NCBI GenBank assembly: GCA_018646985.1
Contig: JABGTR010000004.1
Span: forward strand, 2,946 to 66,945
Reading direction: 5' to 3'
DNA: 64,000 bases
Source: Minisyncoccota bacterium
GTDB lineage: Bacteria; Patescibacteriota; Microgenomatia; UBA1400; PJMF01
The translations under genes and the position numbers were made by a program. This document shows positions 40,256-50,242 of the stretch, in pieces (the first letter of the stretch is position 1; every line of letters starts with the position of its first letter). The notes under the pieces are model-generated. The model had not been told where the DNA came from. It searched no databases and was given only the letters and a program-made list of their open reading frames with translations.

Positions 40256-40559
40256 TCAAAAAATCTATGACCTACTAATTAAAGTCCCTGCTGGTCAAGT
40301 GACCACTTATAAAGCACTAGCAGAAAATTTGGGGACCAGAGCTTATCAAGCAGTTGGCAATGCCCTAAAAAATAATCCAGATGCTCCCCGCATTCCTTGT
40401 CATAGGGTAGTCAAAAGCAATGGAAAAATAGGTGGCTTCAATGGCCAAACTACTGGTATGGAAATAAAAAGAAAAATAAAATTATTAGAAAAAGAAGGAG
40501 TGCTAGTTAAACAAGGTGAGGTTTGTAATTTATCTAAGATATTTTTTGACTTCTCTTAA
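40242..40559 (+). CDS. O6-alkylguanine DNA alkyltransferase, minimal domain
   Basis: VPAGQVTTYKALA, AVGNAL, IPCHRVV. Confidence 0.9.
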   Translation: MSHFNQKIYDLLIKVPAGQVTTYKALAENLGTRAYQAVGNALKNNPDAPRIPCHRVVKSNGKIGGFNGQTTGMEIKRKIKLLEKEGVLVKQGEVCNLSKIFFDFS

Positions 40560-40982
40560 TACTTTTTTGCCAGCTGGAAAAGTGATTTTTGTCATTGCCT
40601 CTTTACATTCAAACCAACCATAGTCTGCCACCTCTTCTTCTTGAATCTTAACCTGCTTATCAGCTACCCAGGCTGGATAATAAGTTACTGTTTTATGGAA
40701 AATATCTCCATACCCCAGAGCACCTTCTCTGGCTTCGCCATTCACCTTGTCTCGTTGCGGATAGTACTCTTCTTGAAAAGAAATCGACTCATCGACCTGG
40801 TACTGCAAAATTCCAGTCTCTTCCTCAAACTCACGCTGAGCTGTTTCTAAAAAAGACTCACCACTTTCGGCATGGCCTTTGGGGAAAGCCCAATGACCAG
40901 CTACATGCTGAATTAATAAAAATTCAACTTTATCTCCATCCTTATACATGGGTATCAAACCAAATGAAGCATCTTTTTGCAT
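40530..40982 (-). CDS. NUDIX hydrolase, asymmetrical Ap4A hydrolase-like
   Basis: HWAFPKGHAESGESFLETAQREFEEETGI; convergent overlap with the alkyltransferase gene. Confidence 0.88.
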   Translation of the reverse strand: MQKDASFGLIPMYKDGDKVEFLLIQHVAGHWAFPKGHAESGESFLETAQREFEEETGILQYQVDESISFQEEYYPQRDKVNGEAREGALGYGDIFHKTVTYYPAWVADKQVKIQEEEVADYGWFECKEAMTKITFPAGKKVLREVKKYLR

Positions 40983-41012
40983 AACAAATCCAAGATAACT
41001 GCCTAACAATGA

Positions 41013-41576
41013 CTAATCTTCGCTGGCGGGTTTTTCACTGGCGCGCAACTTAAGCTGTCTATTCCATCCAGTATCAAGAGCAGACACTACCTTCTTCTCT
41101 GCATCTTCTAGCTCTATCTTTAAAACATAGGCTACTTCCTGCTGGAAACGCATCATCACCATTCCAAAAGTATTTCGTTTACTGATGGTAAAGTTTTTAT
41201 CTTCATCCCTTTTTTCTTCCCAAAGAGTTTTAAGAACTTGAGCAATATCATGAAGTTCATTGGTGCTAATAATTCGCTTTACCTTAAGCTGATTAAACTG
41301 AATCTTTTCATATTCTCCCTGACGGAGATATTTTAGCTCATCATTCAAAACAGCCTTAGAAGCTGGCAACCTAATCGTAGTTTTATTAAGATTTCCTAGA
41401 GGAATAGATAGTTTTAGAGTTTCATTGCTACGAGTTTTATAAACAGGCTCAAAATGGATTAACTTATCTTTTTTACCAGTTGAATCTTCAATTTTTTCAA
41501 GCTTAGTAATTTTATTAATAATTCCGAATCTCACAATTACATCATTTTTTTTAAACTCGTTTGGTGTATCTATCAT
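41013..41576 (-). CDS. divergent CarD-family RNA polymerase-binding factor
   Basis: FKKNDVIV..KITKLE, LKLSIP..IR, STNELHDIAQVLKTL..EVAYVL match the CarD layout by eye. Confidence 0.6.
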   Translation of the reverse strand: MIDTPNEFKKNDVIVRFGIINKITKLEKIEDSTGKKDKLIHFEPVYKTRSNETLKLSIPLGNLNKTTIRLPASKAVLNDELKYLRQGEYEKIQFNQLKVKRIISTNELHDIAQVLKTLWEEKRDEDKNFTISKRNTFGMVMMRFQQEVAYVLKIELEDAEKKVVSALDTGWNRQLKLRASEKPASED

Positions 41577-41652
41577 AAGATCATCATTCTAACATAGCCT
41601 GGATGTAGAGTTAAGTGTCTGATGATAAGTCTTGTGTTGTTTTTACAGCCAG

Positions 41653-41667
41653 ACTACAATCTGTAGT
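41653..41667. promoter_or_regulatory. BlaI-type operator 1, overlapping the -10 box of the regulator gene
   Basis: ACTAC-AATCT-GTAGT inverted repeat directly before the ATG. Confidence 0.75.
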
Positions 41668-42006
41668 ATGTCAACTGATACCACTTGTTGCTTGGGTCCG
41701 CTGGAAAAAGAAGTATTGGAGATCGTTTGGGTTGAAGATTGCCCAAGCGTTAGATGTGTTTTGCTAGCAATAAATAAATCTCGAAAAAAATCTGAAAAAC
41801 TAGCCTACACGACAGTCATGACTATCATGAAGCGCCTAGTTAAGAAAAAAGTCTTAACTAGAAAAAAAGATGGTCGTAGCTATCGATATGAACCTAAAGA
41901 ATCAAAACAGGAATTTATAAAAAAAATCACCCGTTGCACTATACAAAACCTAATTAGTAAGTTCGGTGACTCAGCAATCCAAGCACTAAAAGAAGAACTC
42001 CAATAA
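41668..42006 (+). CDS. BlaI/MecI/CopY family repressor, Cys-rich
   Basis: LGPLEKEVLEIVW, LAYTTVMTIMKRLVKKKVLTR..GRSYRY; start moved to the ATG at 41668. Confidence 0.92.
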   Translation: MSTDTTCCLGPLEKEVLEIVWVEDCPSVRCVLLAINKSRKKSEKLAYTTVMTIMKRLVKKKVLTRKKDGRSYRYEPKESKQEFIKKITRCTIQNLISKFGDSAIQALKEELQ

Positions 42007-42024
42007 GTTTATTGTTTCCAATGG

Positions 42025-42061
42025 TTGACAACTATTGTCTACAAACACTACACTTCGTAGT
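42025..42061 (+). promoter_or_regulatory. dsbA promoter with BlaI-type operator 2
   Basis: TTGACA-N18-TACACT; ACTAC-ACTTC-GTAGT (42047-42061) covers the -10 box. Confidence 0.75.
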
Positions 42062-42087
42062 ATTCTTAAAATTAGAAAGGGATTAGC

Positions 42088-42828
42088 ATGTCATCTGATA
42101 GATTTTTAACCAGTAACCTAGGAACCATTCTTTTAGCAATAGTTTTTTTTGTTAGTGGATTCTTTGTTGGTACTCTTTGGACAGAAAACAAAATGTTAAA
42201 GCTAGGTGGAGGCCCATCTCAAAAACAAGCTGGTCAACTAGCTGAAGCACCCACTGAAGCTCAAGCCCCAGATACTTTAAGTGAAATGCCAGAGATTTCC
42301 GATGAAGATCATATAATTGGTGCTAAAAACCCTAAAATTTACTTAGTAGAGTACTCAGACTATGAATGCCCTTTCTGTGAAAGATTTCACCCTACTACCA
42401 AGCAAATCATAGAAAAATATGGTGACGATGTGGCTCTAGTATTTCGTCACTACCCATTAGGCTTCCACCCCAATGCTCAATCAGCAGCAGAAGCTGCAGA
42501 GTGTGTTGCTAATAGAAGTGGAAATGATGCGTTTTGGAAATATACTGATGAGATATTCTCACAAAATGAACAGCTGGGAGGGAAGCTTAGTCCTGAAGCC
42601 ATCGATGCTGCCATCGCAGCTAGCGGAGCTAATACAGCTGCCGTTAAGGGATGTCTCGAAAGTGGAGAAATGACAGAAGTAGTCACTGCTCAACAAAATG
42701 GCGGAGCTGCTGCTGGAGTCTCTGGCACACCAGGAACGATTCTACTCACTGTTGATGGAGAGTCTGAACTTATTAGTGGAGCATTACCATTAGTTCAAGT
42801 AGAACAAATAATTGAGAAATATCTTTAA
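42088..42828 (+). CDS. membrane-anchored DsbA-family thiol-disulfide oxidoreductase
   Basis: EYSDYECPFC, FRHYPL, GVSGTPG. Confidence 0.93.
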   Translation: MSSDRFLTSNLGTILLAIVFFVSGFFVGTLWTENKMLKLGGGPSQKQAGQLAEAPTEAQAPDTLSEMPEISDEDHIIGAKNPKIYLVEYSDYECPFCERFHPTTKQIIEKYGDDVALVFRHYPLGFHPNAQSAAEAAECVANRSGNDAFWKYTDEIFSQNEQLGGKLSPEAIDAAIAASGANTAAVKGCLESGEMTEVVTAQQNGGAAAGVSGTPGTILLTVDGESELISGALPLVQVEQIIEKYL

Positions 42829-42834
42829 TACCTA

Positions 42835-43584
42835 ATGGGACATAGCATCTTCGATGGTTCTCAAGTTAATTTCCTAATTGCTTTTTTAGCTGGAATTACA
42901 ACTTTCTTTGCTAGCTGTTTACTACCATTAGTCCCAACTTATCTAGCTTATTTGTCTGGAATAACTCTTAATGATGAACACGCCAGTCAAAAAAAGTGGC
43001 AGGGATTCAAAACCGGCCTCATGTTTGTGATTGGTTTCATTATTACTTTCATGATTCTTGGGTTGACTGCAAACAAATTTGCGAGTGTTCTTCATCCCTA
43101 TAGACAATTCATTGAAAAAGTAGCTGGAGTTTTATTTATTGCCTTAGGTTTCTTTATGATGGGAATATTTAAAAATAATCTCCTATCACGAGAGAAGAGA
43201 TTTAATGTTCAGGGAAAATTTAAAAAACATCGTTCTCTACATGCTATCTTGACAGGGATTGCCTTTGGTTTTGGTTGGACACCATGCATAGGACCAGTCT
43301 TAGCAGTGATTCTATTTTGGGCAGCTCAAGCAGATTCTGCTTTAAAAGGAACTATGCTACTCACTTCGTATGGAGTTGGGTTGGGAGTTCCCTTTCTGAT
43401 CATTGCGCTGGGATTTGAAAAAATAATTCCTTGGATTAAAAAACATCACCAAATTTCTCGAATCACCAGTTTCATCTCTGGATTGTTTATCTTAATTACT
43501 GGAATTTTACTATTTACAGATCAGCTTCAGGCACTATCCTTCTATTTGCTAAATTTCTTTAATCTAAGTGCATTATCTACCTAA
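42835..43584 (+). CDS. ccdA: CcdA/DsbD-beta transmembrane electron transporter
   Basis: FFASCLLPLVPTYL, FGWTPCIGPVL, YGVGLGVPF. Confidence 0.9.
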   Translation: MGHSIFDGSQVNFLIAFLAGITTFFASCLLPLVPTYLAYLSGITLNDEHASQKKWQGFKTGLMFVIGFIITFMILGLTANKFASVLHPYRQFIEKVAGVLFIALGFFMMGIFKNNLLSREKRFNVQGKFKKHRSLHAILTGIAFGFGWTPCIGPVLAVILFWAAQADSALKGTMLLTSYGVGLGVPFLIIALGFEKIIPWIKKHHQISRITSFISGLFILITGILLFTDQLQALSFYLLNFFNLSALST

Positions 43585-43611
43585 TCAAACTTGGTGGTAA
43601 AATAAATCCTT

Positions 43612-44781
43612 ATGAAATGGCGCAGAGAACACACCATCATCTTCATGATTAAAATTACGGAAGTCTTAGGATTTTCATTAATTTTACCCTTTTTACCATT
43701 CTATGCTCAAAATTTAGGAGCTTCTCCAACTCAAGTAGGATTAGTGCTGGCCACTTTTTCCTTATTTCAATTTATCTCAGCGCCTATCATGGGCAAACTC
43801 AGTGACTCATATGGCCGAATACCACTACTATTACTTTCCCAGCTTTCTACATTGATCAGCTTCATTGTCTTAGGCTTTGCCAATAGCTTGTGGATGCTAT
43901 TTCTCTCCAGAATGATCGATGGTTTGCTTGGCAGCAACTACACTATTGCTCAAGCTTATTTGAGCGATATCACCCCCAAGAATGAAAGAACTAAAATATT
44001 TAGCCTCACCGGAATTGCTTTTAGTATTGGATTTTTTATTGGACCAGCTCTAGGTGGATACTTGGCTCAATTTAGCTATGCTCTACCCTCATTTTTAGCT
44101 GCTGGTATGGCTGCTATCACCATCATAACCACATATCTTTACCTACCTGAGACAGTTGATAAATCCAAAAACTTTACCTGGTCATGGAAAATATTAAAGC
44201 TTAAACAATTTAAATTACTAATGGCAAAACCAAAAATATCCCTACCTCTCTGGGAATTTTTCTCATATGTGCTGACACATGGTCTTTGGGCAAGTAGCTT
44301 TGCCCTTTATGCAGAACGTCAATTTAATTTTGGATCTCAAGATATCGGCTATATTTTTGCTATCATCGGAGCAGTAACTATTTTCATTAAAATTCTAATT
44401 CTTCCCAAGCTATTAAATATTATGGATGAGGATAAATTGAGAATCATTGGAGCCGCAACCATTATTCTTGCTCTGGGAGCCACTCCTTGGATGCAGACTA
44501 GAGCTGCTATCACCACAGCGACAATCATCTTTGCTTTTGGCGCTAGTCTACTTAGACCTAGCTTAACTTCTCACGTTTCAAATCAGGCACCCAAAGATGA
44601 ACTAGGTGAATTTATGGGAGTTAGTGATTCTCTTGGGAGTATTTCTCAGATAATTGGTCCATTATTAGGAGGATTTCTAATTCAAAACTTCTTCCCTGGA
44701 AGTTTAGGTTTAGTTGCAGCAGCGACTATGACTGTTGGGTTAATTCTAATGATCATGGATAGAAAAATCAGCCAAGATTAA
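43612..44781 (+). CDS. MFS transporter, TetA/DHA1-like
   Basis: Motif A GKLSDSYGR, motif C GFFIGPALGG, about 12 TMs. Confidence 0.9.
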   Translation: MKWRREHTIIFMIKITEVLGFSLILPFLPFYAQNLGASPTQVGLVLATFSLFQFISAPIMGKLSDSYGRIPLLLLSQLSTLISFIVLGFANSLWMLFLSRMIDGLLGSNYTIAQAYLSDITPKNERTKIFSLTGIAFSIGFFIGPALGGYLAQFSYALPSFLAAGMAAITIITTYLYLPETVDKSKNFTWSWKILKLKQFKLLMAKPKISLPLWEFFSYVLTHGLWASSFALYAERQFNFGSQDIGYIFAIIGAVTIFIKILILPKLLNIMDEDKLRIIGAATIILALGATPWMQTRAAITTATIIFAFGASLLRPSLTSHVSNQAPKDELGEFMGVSDSLGSISQIIGPLLGGFLIQNFFPGSLGLVAAATMTVGLILMIMDRKISQD

Positions 44782-44788
44782 TCACCAG

Positions 44789-45658
44789 CTATATAACTAC
44801 ACTTTGATCTTCTAGCGACTTTTCTTCTTTTACCATGATGTAAACATCTTGATTATATTCACTCACACCTACCTTTTTAGCTTCACCAGCCAAAACTTTT
44901 TCCAATGGCTTGCAATGACGACATCCACCTTCGCCTTGAGGACACTTAAATCGTTCTAGTTTTCTAGCTAACTTGATTTTTTTAGCGATCGCCAAGACCT
45001 CTTCATGGGCTTCAATTAAATCTGGTAGTTTTTGTTCCACTGGTTCATCGTGCAAATCTAAGTACCAATAACTAGCCTTAGCAACCTTCCGATGCTGAGT
45101 GTTGTGAACTAGTAAATGATAGATGGGTAACTGAAGTGAACCACCTTGGTCTTCTCTTTTACTAGTTTTGAAATCAATAATGTGGACTGCGTCTTCATCT
45201 TCAAGATACTCCAGCCAATCAACCTTTCCACAAAGAATAATATTATCTTCATCAGAAATCCAATAGTGAGGCAAGTCTTCTTTAATCTTAATTGCCAAAT
45301 TATTTAAAATACCAGGATTCCTCATCACCTGACGCAACATTTTTTCACCCCGATCTTTGTACTCTCGCTCCTGCTCATCACTACTAAAGCCACCTTTCTC
45401 TCCATGGTGTTTCTGCCAAACACGATCAAACTTCTCAATTAAGGATTCTCTAAACCTATCTTTAGAAGGAATAACTGACAAAGACTCAAGCACTTCATGG
45501 ACTGCACCACCAAGAGCTAGTGGAGCACTCATGAGCTGTATTTTTCGCCCTGTTTCTGGACTCTTATAAACATTATTTAAATAATAAGCCCGAGGACATT
45601 TCAAGAAATCTCCAATCGAACTATGTGAAACCCAGGTAGCGGTAAATTTATCAGGCAT
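44789..45658 (-). CDS. PD-(D/E)XK nuclease, RecB/AddB/Cas4-like
   Basis: SHSSIGDFLKCPR, GGAVHEVLE, GKVD, IIDFKTS, QLPIY, C-terminal CPQGEGGCRHC. Confidence 0.88.
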   Translation of the reverse strand: MPDKFTATWVSHSSIGDFLKCPRAYYLNNVYKSPETGRKIQLMSAPLALGGAVHEVLESLSVIPSKDRFRESLIEKFDRVWQKHHGEKGGFSSDEQEREYKDRGEKMLRQVMRNPGILNNLAIKIKEDLPHYWISDEDNIILCGKVDWLEYLEDEDAVHIIDFKTSKREDQGGSLQLPIYHLLVHNTQHRKVAKASYWYLDLHDEPVEQKLPDLIEAHEEVLAIAKKIKLARKLERFKCPQGEGGCRHCKPLEKVLAGEAKKVGVSEYNQDVYIMVKEEKSLEDQSVVI

Positions 45659-45704
45659 AAAACTCATTCTAAAACAAAGTTGAAGTTTTCTCTATAATAC
45701 TTTA

Positions 45705-47291
45705 GTGATTAAAAGAATTATTTTCAAAAATCGTTTTCAAATTTTTCTACTAATAATCATTGTAATTGGCCTTTGGCTAAGGTTCTACAACCTACCCAAT
45801 CAGGTGTGGAGTCAAGCTGGTTATGATGAGGCTAGAGATATGCTGGTAGCCGAGCATATTTACAAATACAAAGAAACAGTTAATAGAGGACCCTTAGCTG
45901 CTGGTGGCCTTAACTATCTTATGAATTCACCAGTTTACTACTATTTAGTCACATTTTTATGGATGATTACACAAAATCCGACTTCCATGATGTACCTCTG
46001 GGCAAGTTTATTAACTACACAAATTCCATTAGCCTACTTAGTGGGGAAACAACTAGGTGATAAAACTACTGGAATTATTGCTGCTATAGTTTTTGCGCTC
46101 CACAACCAACTGATCTTCCAAAGCAGAGAAGTATGGCAACCGAACTTACTTCCCATATTCTCACTACTGTTTCTATGGGTTTTATTAAAAAACCAGAAAA
46201 AGAAAAGCCTTGCTCTTCTTTTACTAATGATTTTTTTATTATTATTCCCGCTGCATCTTCACTATGGAGTATTCCTAATATTACCAGTGGGAGTCTTTTG
46301 GGTTTCTTATTTTTGGAGTCAAATTTTAGAAAATAATCTTTCACTTAAAAATATTTTTTTACCCGTTGCAACCACAGTCGGACTAATTTTTTCATGGCTA
46401 ATTACTACTTATAAGGTTAAGATTTTTGATCAGATTTTTTTCTTGTTAATAATTCTTAAAGGATCAGACACTTCATTCTTTAACAAATCTCATGAATTAA
46501 TATCAAAACTAAAACATATGCTTTGGGCAGATACGCCATCATATTTAGCAGTTTTAATAACTTTTATTTTAATCACTTTTTCATTTTTTTGTAAAAAAGA
46601 ACGCTCACGGTCAAAAAAAACTAACTGGATTATTATCAGCCTAGCTTTTTCAGCTCTAATAGGAGGACTATTCCCAAAAGAAATTCTTACAAGCTACTTT
46701 TTTAGCACCCTGCCATTCTTTTTAATTCTATTCTCATTAGGCATAAGACAACTAATTTCTATTAATAACTATTTAGGATTAGTTGTCGTAAGTGTCATCC
46801 TATTTCTAATTTATCTTCCAACTCAAAATTTGATATTTTTTCAAACTCCATCCGAATCATTTTTAGAACAAAACTATAAAGTAGCTGAGGTAATATTTAG
46901 TGATCAAAAAAATATGAATCATGAGGGAAAATACTCAATTAATTTTGGAATAGTAGCACTTTCCACCACAGTTTTTCAGCACTTTGATGGTTGGGGCACT
47001 AGTGGAGTTTGGTTTTATTTAGAAGAACTATTTGACAAGCCATTGGTTAAACTAACTAATTATGGAGTTAGTCATTATCCAATCACAACGGACATCAACT
47101 ACTTATATTTTGTTTGTGATCATAGAACACTACCAGAGCTTATTAATGAGAGCTGCTTAAATAGATTTGTTGAAGACAGAAATTATCTCAGTGACTATCC
47201 AGATAAAATTTATCAATCACAAAACTACACTGTTTGGAAAGCAGCAGTTGACTCAAAAAAACATCAGGGAAGCTACTATCATGTTCACTAA
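45705..47291 (+). CDS. GT-C fold (ArnT/PMT-like) membrane glycosyltransferase
   Basis: LRFYNL..YDEARD after TM1, SPVYYYL, WQPNLLP, many TMs. Confidence 0.75.
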   Translation: MIKRIIFKNRFQIFLLIIIVIGLWLRFYNLPNQVWSQAGYDEARDMLVAEHIYKYKETVNRGPLAAGGLNYLMNSPVYYYLVTFLWMITQNPTSMMYLWASLLTTQIPLAYLVGKQLGDKTTGIIAAIVFALHNQLIFQSREVWQPNLLPIFSLLFLWVLLKNQKKKSLALLLLMIFLLLFPLHLHYGVFLILPVGVFWVSYFWSQILENNLSLKNIFLPVATTVGLIFSWLITTYKVKIFDQIFFLLIILKGSDTSFFNKSHELISKLKHMLWADTPSYLAVLITFILITFSFFCKKERSRSKKTNWIIISLAFSALIGGLFPKEILTSYFFSTLPFFLILFSLGIRQLISINNYLGLVVVSVILFLIYLPTQNLIFFQTPSESFLEQNYKVAEVIFSDQKNMNHEGKYSINFGIVALSTTVFQHFDGWGTSGVWFYLEELFDKPLVKLTNYGVSHYPITTDINYLYFVCDHRTLPELINESCLNRFVEDRNYLSDYPDKIYQSQNYTVWKAAVDSKKHQGSYYHVH

Positions 47292-49120
47292 ATTAGAGAT
47301 CTAACTTTCTCCACAATAGCTGCGGCATCTATTTTTTCAAGAGCTAATAATTCTGCTGGCTGGCCACTCCGTGGCTGCTGATCGACATATAGTGAGTGAA
47401 CAGGTGTGTTTTGATTGACCAAAGCAGCTTTCACGGCTTCTCCAATACCACCAAATTGATAGTGATCTTCGGCAGTAACAAGAGCCTTTGTTTCTTGAGC
47501 TGATTTCATTAGAGTCTCAATATCTAAAGGCTTAATGCTATAGAGATCAATTACTCTAATATTAATCTTATTTTTGCGTAATTGACGATAGGCCTTCATC
47601 GCTTCATGTAATGTAATCCCAGCAGCTATTACCGTAGCCACATCTTTTTTTGACTGATAAATAACTTTACTACCACCTATTTTAAATTCTTCATCTAGTT
47701 TATAAATAATTGGCGTATCTATCCTGGTGGTTCTTAAATATGAGATACCTTTATGATTTGTCATCTGCTGGACTAGTTTTTCAGTAGAAACTGCATCGCT
47801 AGGATACAGCACTACACTGTCACGAATTGATCTGAACATTGATATATCTTCCAACCCCATCTGAGATGGACCATCCTGACCAATTGATACCCCTGCATGA
47901 GAGCCAATAAGTTTAATATTAGCTTTCGAGTATTGAGCCATTCTGATTTGATCAAAAGCACGAGTTAGAAAAGAAGCAAAGGTAGAGATAAAGGGAATTT
48001 TTCCCATTCTCGACAAACCAACTGCGACGCTGATCATATTCTGCTCAGCAATGAACATCTCAAAAAAACGATCTGGGAAAGCTGCAGCAAAAATATTAGC
48101 AAAAGTAGAGTTACCCATCTCTGCATCTAAAACCACTATTTTTTGATTCTTTGCACCTAGTTTAGTAATGGCATTTCCATAAGCTTTGCGAGTTGCTAAG
48201 TGCTTTTTGACTGGCTTAGCTAAAAATTTATCTAGCTTAATCTCATTGCTCTGACTCTTTTTAAGCCCTATCTCTTTAGGCAGTAAAATATTCTCTTTCA
48301 AGCTCACATTGACATCCCCTAGCTCAATCAAGGCTTTCTGAAGATGATCTTGGCTCAAAGCTTTACCATGCCAGTTGTCTTGATCTTCTAAAAAAGAGAG
48401 ACCTTTTCCTTTTATAGTTTTGGCGATGATCATCACCGGCACATCTTTAACTAGACTAGCTTTTTGATAAGCCTTGGCAACCTCAGTCAAGTTGTGTCCA
48501 TCAATTACAATCGTCTCCCAACCAAAGGCCCGAGCTTTATAAGCATAGTCACTCACATCATGACCCGTCATCGTCTCACCTCTTTGTCCCAAGCGATTCA
48601 CATCAATAATGCCAACTAAATTATTTAGCTTGTAGTAACTAGCTAGCTGCATTGCCTCCCAAACTTGACCCTCAGCCATCTCACTATCACCCAACAAAAC
48701 ATAAGTTTTATAAGTTGAGCTATCTAGATATTTAGCATTTATGGCCAAGCCCACCCCCACTGACAAACCCTGTCCTAAAGAACCAGTAGCTACTTCCGTA
48801 TAAGGAAAACGAATACTGGGATGACCTTCTAAGGGACTATCTATGTGGCGCAATGTTTTGAGATCTGCTTCAGTTAGTTTCCCAGCTACTGCATAAAGTG
48901 AATAAAAAAGAGGAGCAGCGTGACCCTTGGAAAAAATTACCCGATCATTGTCGGGGTGATCTGGATTCTTTAGATCATATTTAAGAAAACCACCAAAATA
49001 TAAGACTGTCATTAACTCTACTGCCGATAAAGATGAAGTTAAATGACCAGAGCCGGCAGCTGAGGTAGATACCAAACAATAGTAACGAAGTAACTTAGCA
49101 ATCTCAGGCAGATGATCCAT
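47288..49120 (-). CDS. tkt: transketolase, short animal-like type
   Basis: SGHLTSS, SKGHAAP, TGSLGQG, GDSE..EGQVWEA, SHAGVSIGQDGPSQMGLED. Confidence 0.95.
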   Translation of the reverse strand: MDHLPEIAKLLRYYCLVSTSAAGSGHLTSSLSAVELMTVLYFGGFLKYDLKNPDHPDNDRVIFSKGHAAPLFYSLYAVAGKLTEADLKTLRHIDSPLEGHPSIRFPYTEVATGSLGQGLSVGVGLAINAKYLDSSTYKTYVLLGDSEMAEGQVWEAMQLASYYKLNNLVGIIDVNRLGQRGETMTGHDVSDYAYKARAFGWETIVIDGHNLTEVAKAYQKASLVKDVPVMIIAKTIKGKGLSFLEDQDNWHGKALSQDHLQKALIELGDVNVSLKENILLPKEIGLKKSQSNEIKLDKFLAKPVKKHLATRKAYGNAITKLGAKNQKIVVLDAEMGNSTFANIFAAAFPDRFFEMFIAEQNMISVAVGLSRMGKIPFISTFASFLTRAFDQIRMAQYSKANIKLIGSHAGVSIGQDGPSQMGLEDISMFRSIRDSVVLYPSDAVSTEKLVQQMTNHKGISYLRTTRIDTPIIYKLDEEFKIGGSKVIYQSKKDVATVIAAGITLHEAMKAYRQLRKNKINIRVIDLYSIKPLDIETLMKSAQETKALVTAEDHYQFGGIGEAVKAALVNQNTPVHSLYVDQQPRSGQPAELLALEKIDAAAIVEKVRSLI

Positions 49121-49133
49121 ATTATCAATTGTA

Positions 49134-50240
49134 CTAAACTAGTTGTTCCCAAGGAAACTCTGCTTTGCCGAAATGACCGTAGGCAGCAGTAGGTAGGTAA
49201 ATTGGTCGATGCAAATCAAAGGCTTTGATAATTCCCTTTACCGAGGTGTCTAAAATATCATCTACAAAAACCTCCAGCACTTTCTCATCAACTTTAGCAG
49301 TTCCAAAAGTATTTATAGTTTTCATCACTGGGTGAGACTGACCAATGCAGTAGGCTAATCCAATCTCAACCTGGTCAGCTAAGCCTTTGTTAATTAAATT
49401 TTTAGCAATATAACGAGCGCCGTAAGCTCCAGATCGATCAACTTTAGTTGCATCTTTACCAGAGAAGGCACCGCCTCCAACACGAGCATAACCTCCATAA
49501 CCATCGACGATGATCTTGCGTCCAGTCATACCTGTATCACTAGCTGGACCACCAATGTGCCACACTCCAGTGCCGTTAACTATCAACTGATTTAATTTGA
49601 GATCAAGTCTATACTCTGCTAAAACTGGCAATACTACCTGATCGTACAAATCTTTTTTTACCTGCTTTAATGGAATATCCTCGTCGTGGGGAACTGCTAA
49701 AACTACAGTTTCCACTCCAACTGGCTGACCATTTTCATACTTCACTGTGACTTGAGTTTTTCCATCTGGACGCAAGTAATCAAGAGTCTTATCTTCACGA
49801 GCTTGGTCTATTTTCTGGGCTAATTTATGAGCGAGAGTGATTGGCAAAGGCATTAATTCCGGAGTTTCTGTAGAAGCATAACCAAACATCATTCCCTGAT
49901 CACCAGCACCATCATTATCTACGCCAGTGGAAATCTCTGGAGATTGCTGATGAATATAGGTGGAAATAGGAGAGCGGTGAGTAAAATCAAACTTATCATC
50001 TATGTAACCCATCTTCTTTATTTGATCACGAGCAATTTGCTCATAATCTACCTGAGCTGAGGTGGTTACTTCGCCTGCTAGAACTACTCTGTCAGTGGTG
50101 ACTAAAGTCTCAACTGCAACTCGACTGAATTTGTCCTGCGTCAAGACTGCATCTAAGATTGCATCTGAAATTTGATCAGCAATTTTATCAGGATGACCTG
50201 CGCAAACTGACTCGGAAGTGAAATAGGTTATTAAAGACAT
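49134..50240 (-). CDS. metK: S-adenosylmethionine synthetase
   Basis: FTSESVCAGHPDK, GAGDQG, GGGAFSGKD. Start moved to the ATG at 50240 because the ORF-track start lies inside the riboswitch. Confidence 0.98.
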   Translation of the reverse strand: MSLITYFTSESVCAGHPDKIADQISDAILDAVLTQDKFSRVAVETLVTTDRVVLAGEVTTSAQVDYEQIARDQIKKMGYIDDKFDFTHRSPISTYIHQQSPEISTGVDNDGAGDQGMMFGYASTETPELMPLPITLAHKLAQKIDQAREDKTLDYLRPDGKTQVTVKYENGQPVGVETVVLAVPHDEDIPLKQVKKDLYDQVVLPVLAEYRLDLKLNQLIVNGTGVWHIGGPASDTGMTGRKIIVDGYGGYARVGGGAFSGKDATKVDRSGAYGARYIAKNLINKGLADQVEIGLAYCIGQSHPVMKTINTFGTAKVDEKVLEVFVDDILDTSVKGIIKAFDLHRPIYLPTAAYGHFGKAEFPWEQLV

Positions 50241-50242
50241 GA

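Noticed and set aside
43612-44781. Calling the MFS gene a tetracycline resistance gene
   Set aside because: The motifs support only DHA1-family membership. There is no tetR or mobile context.
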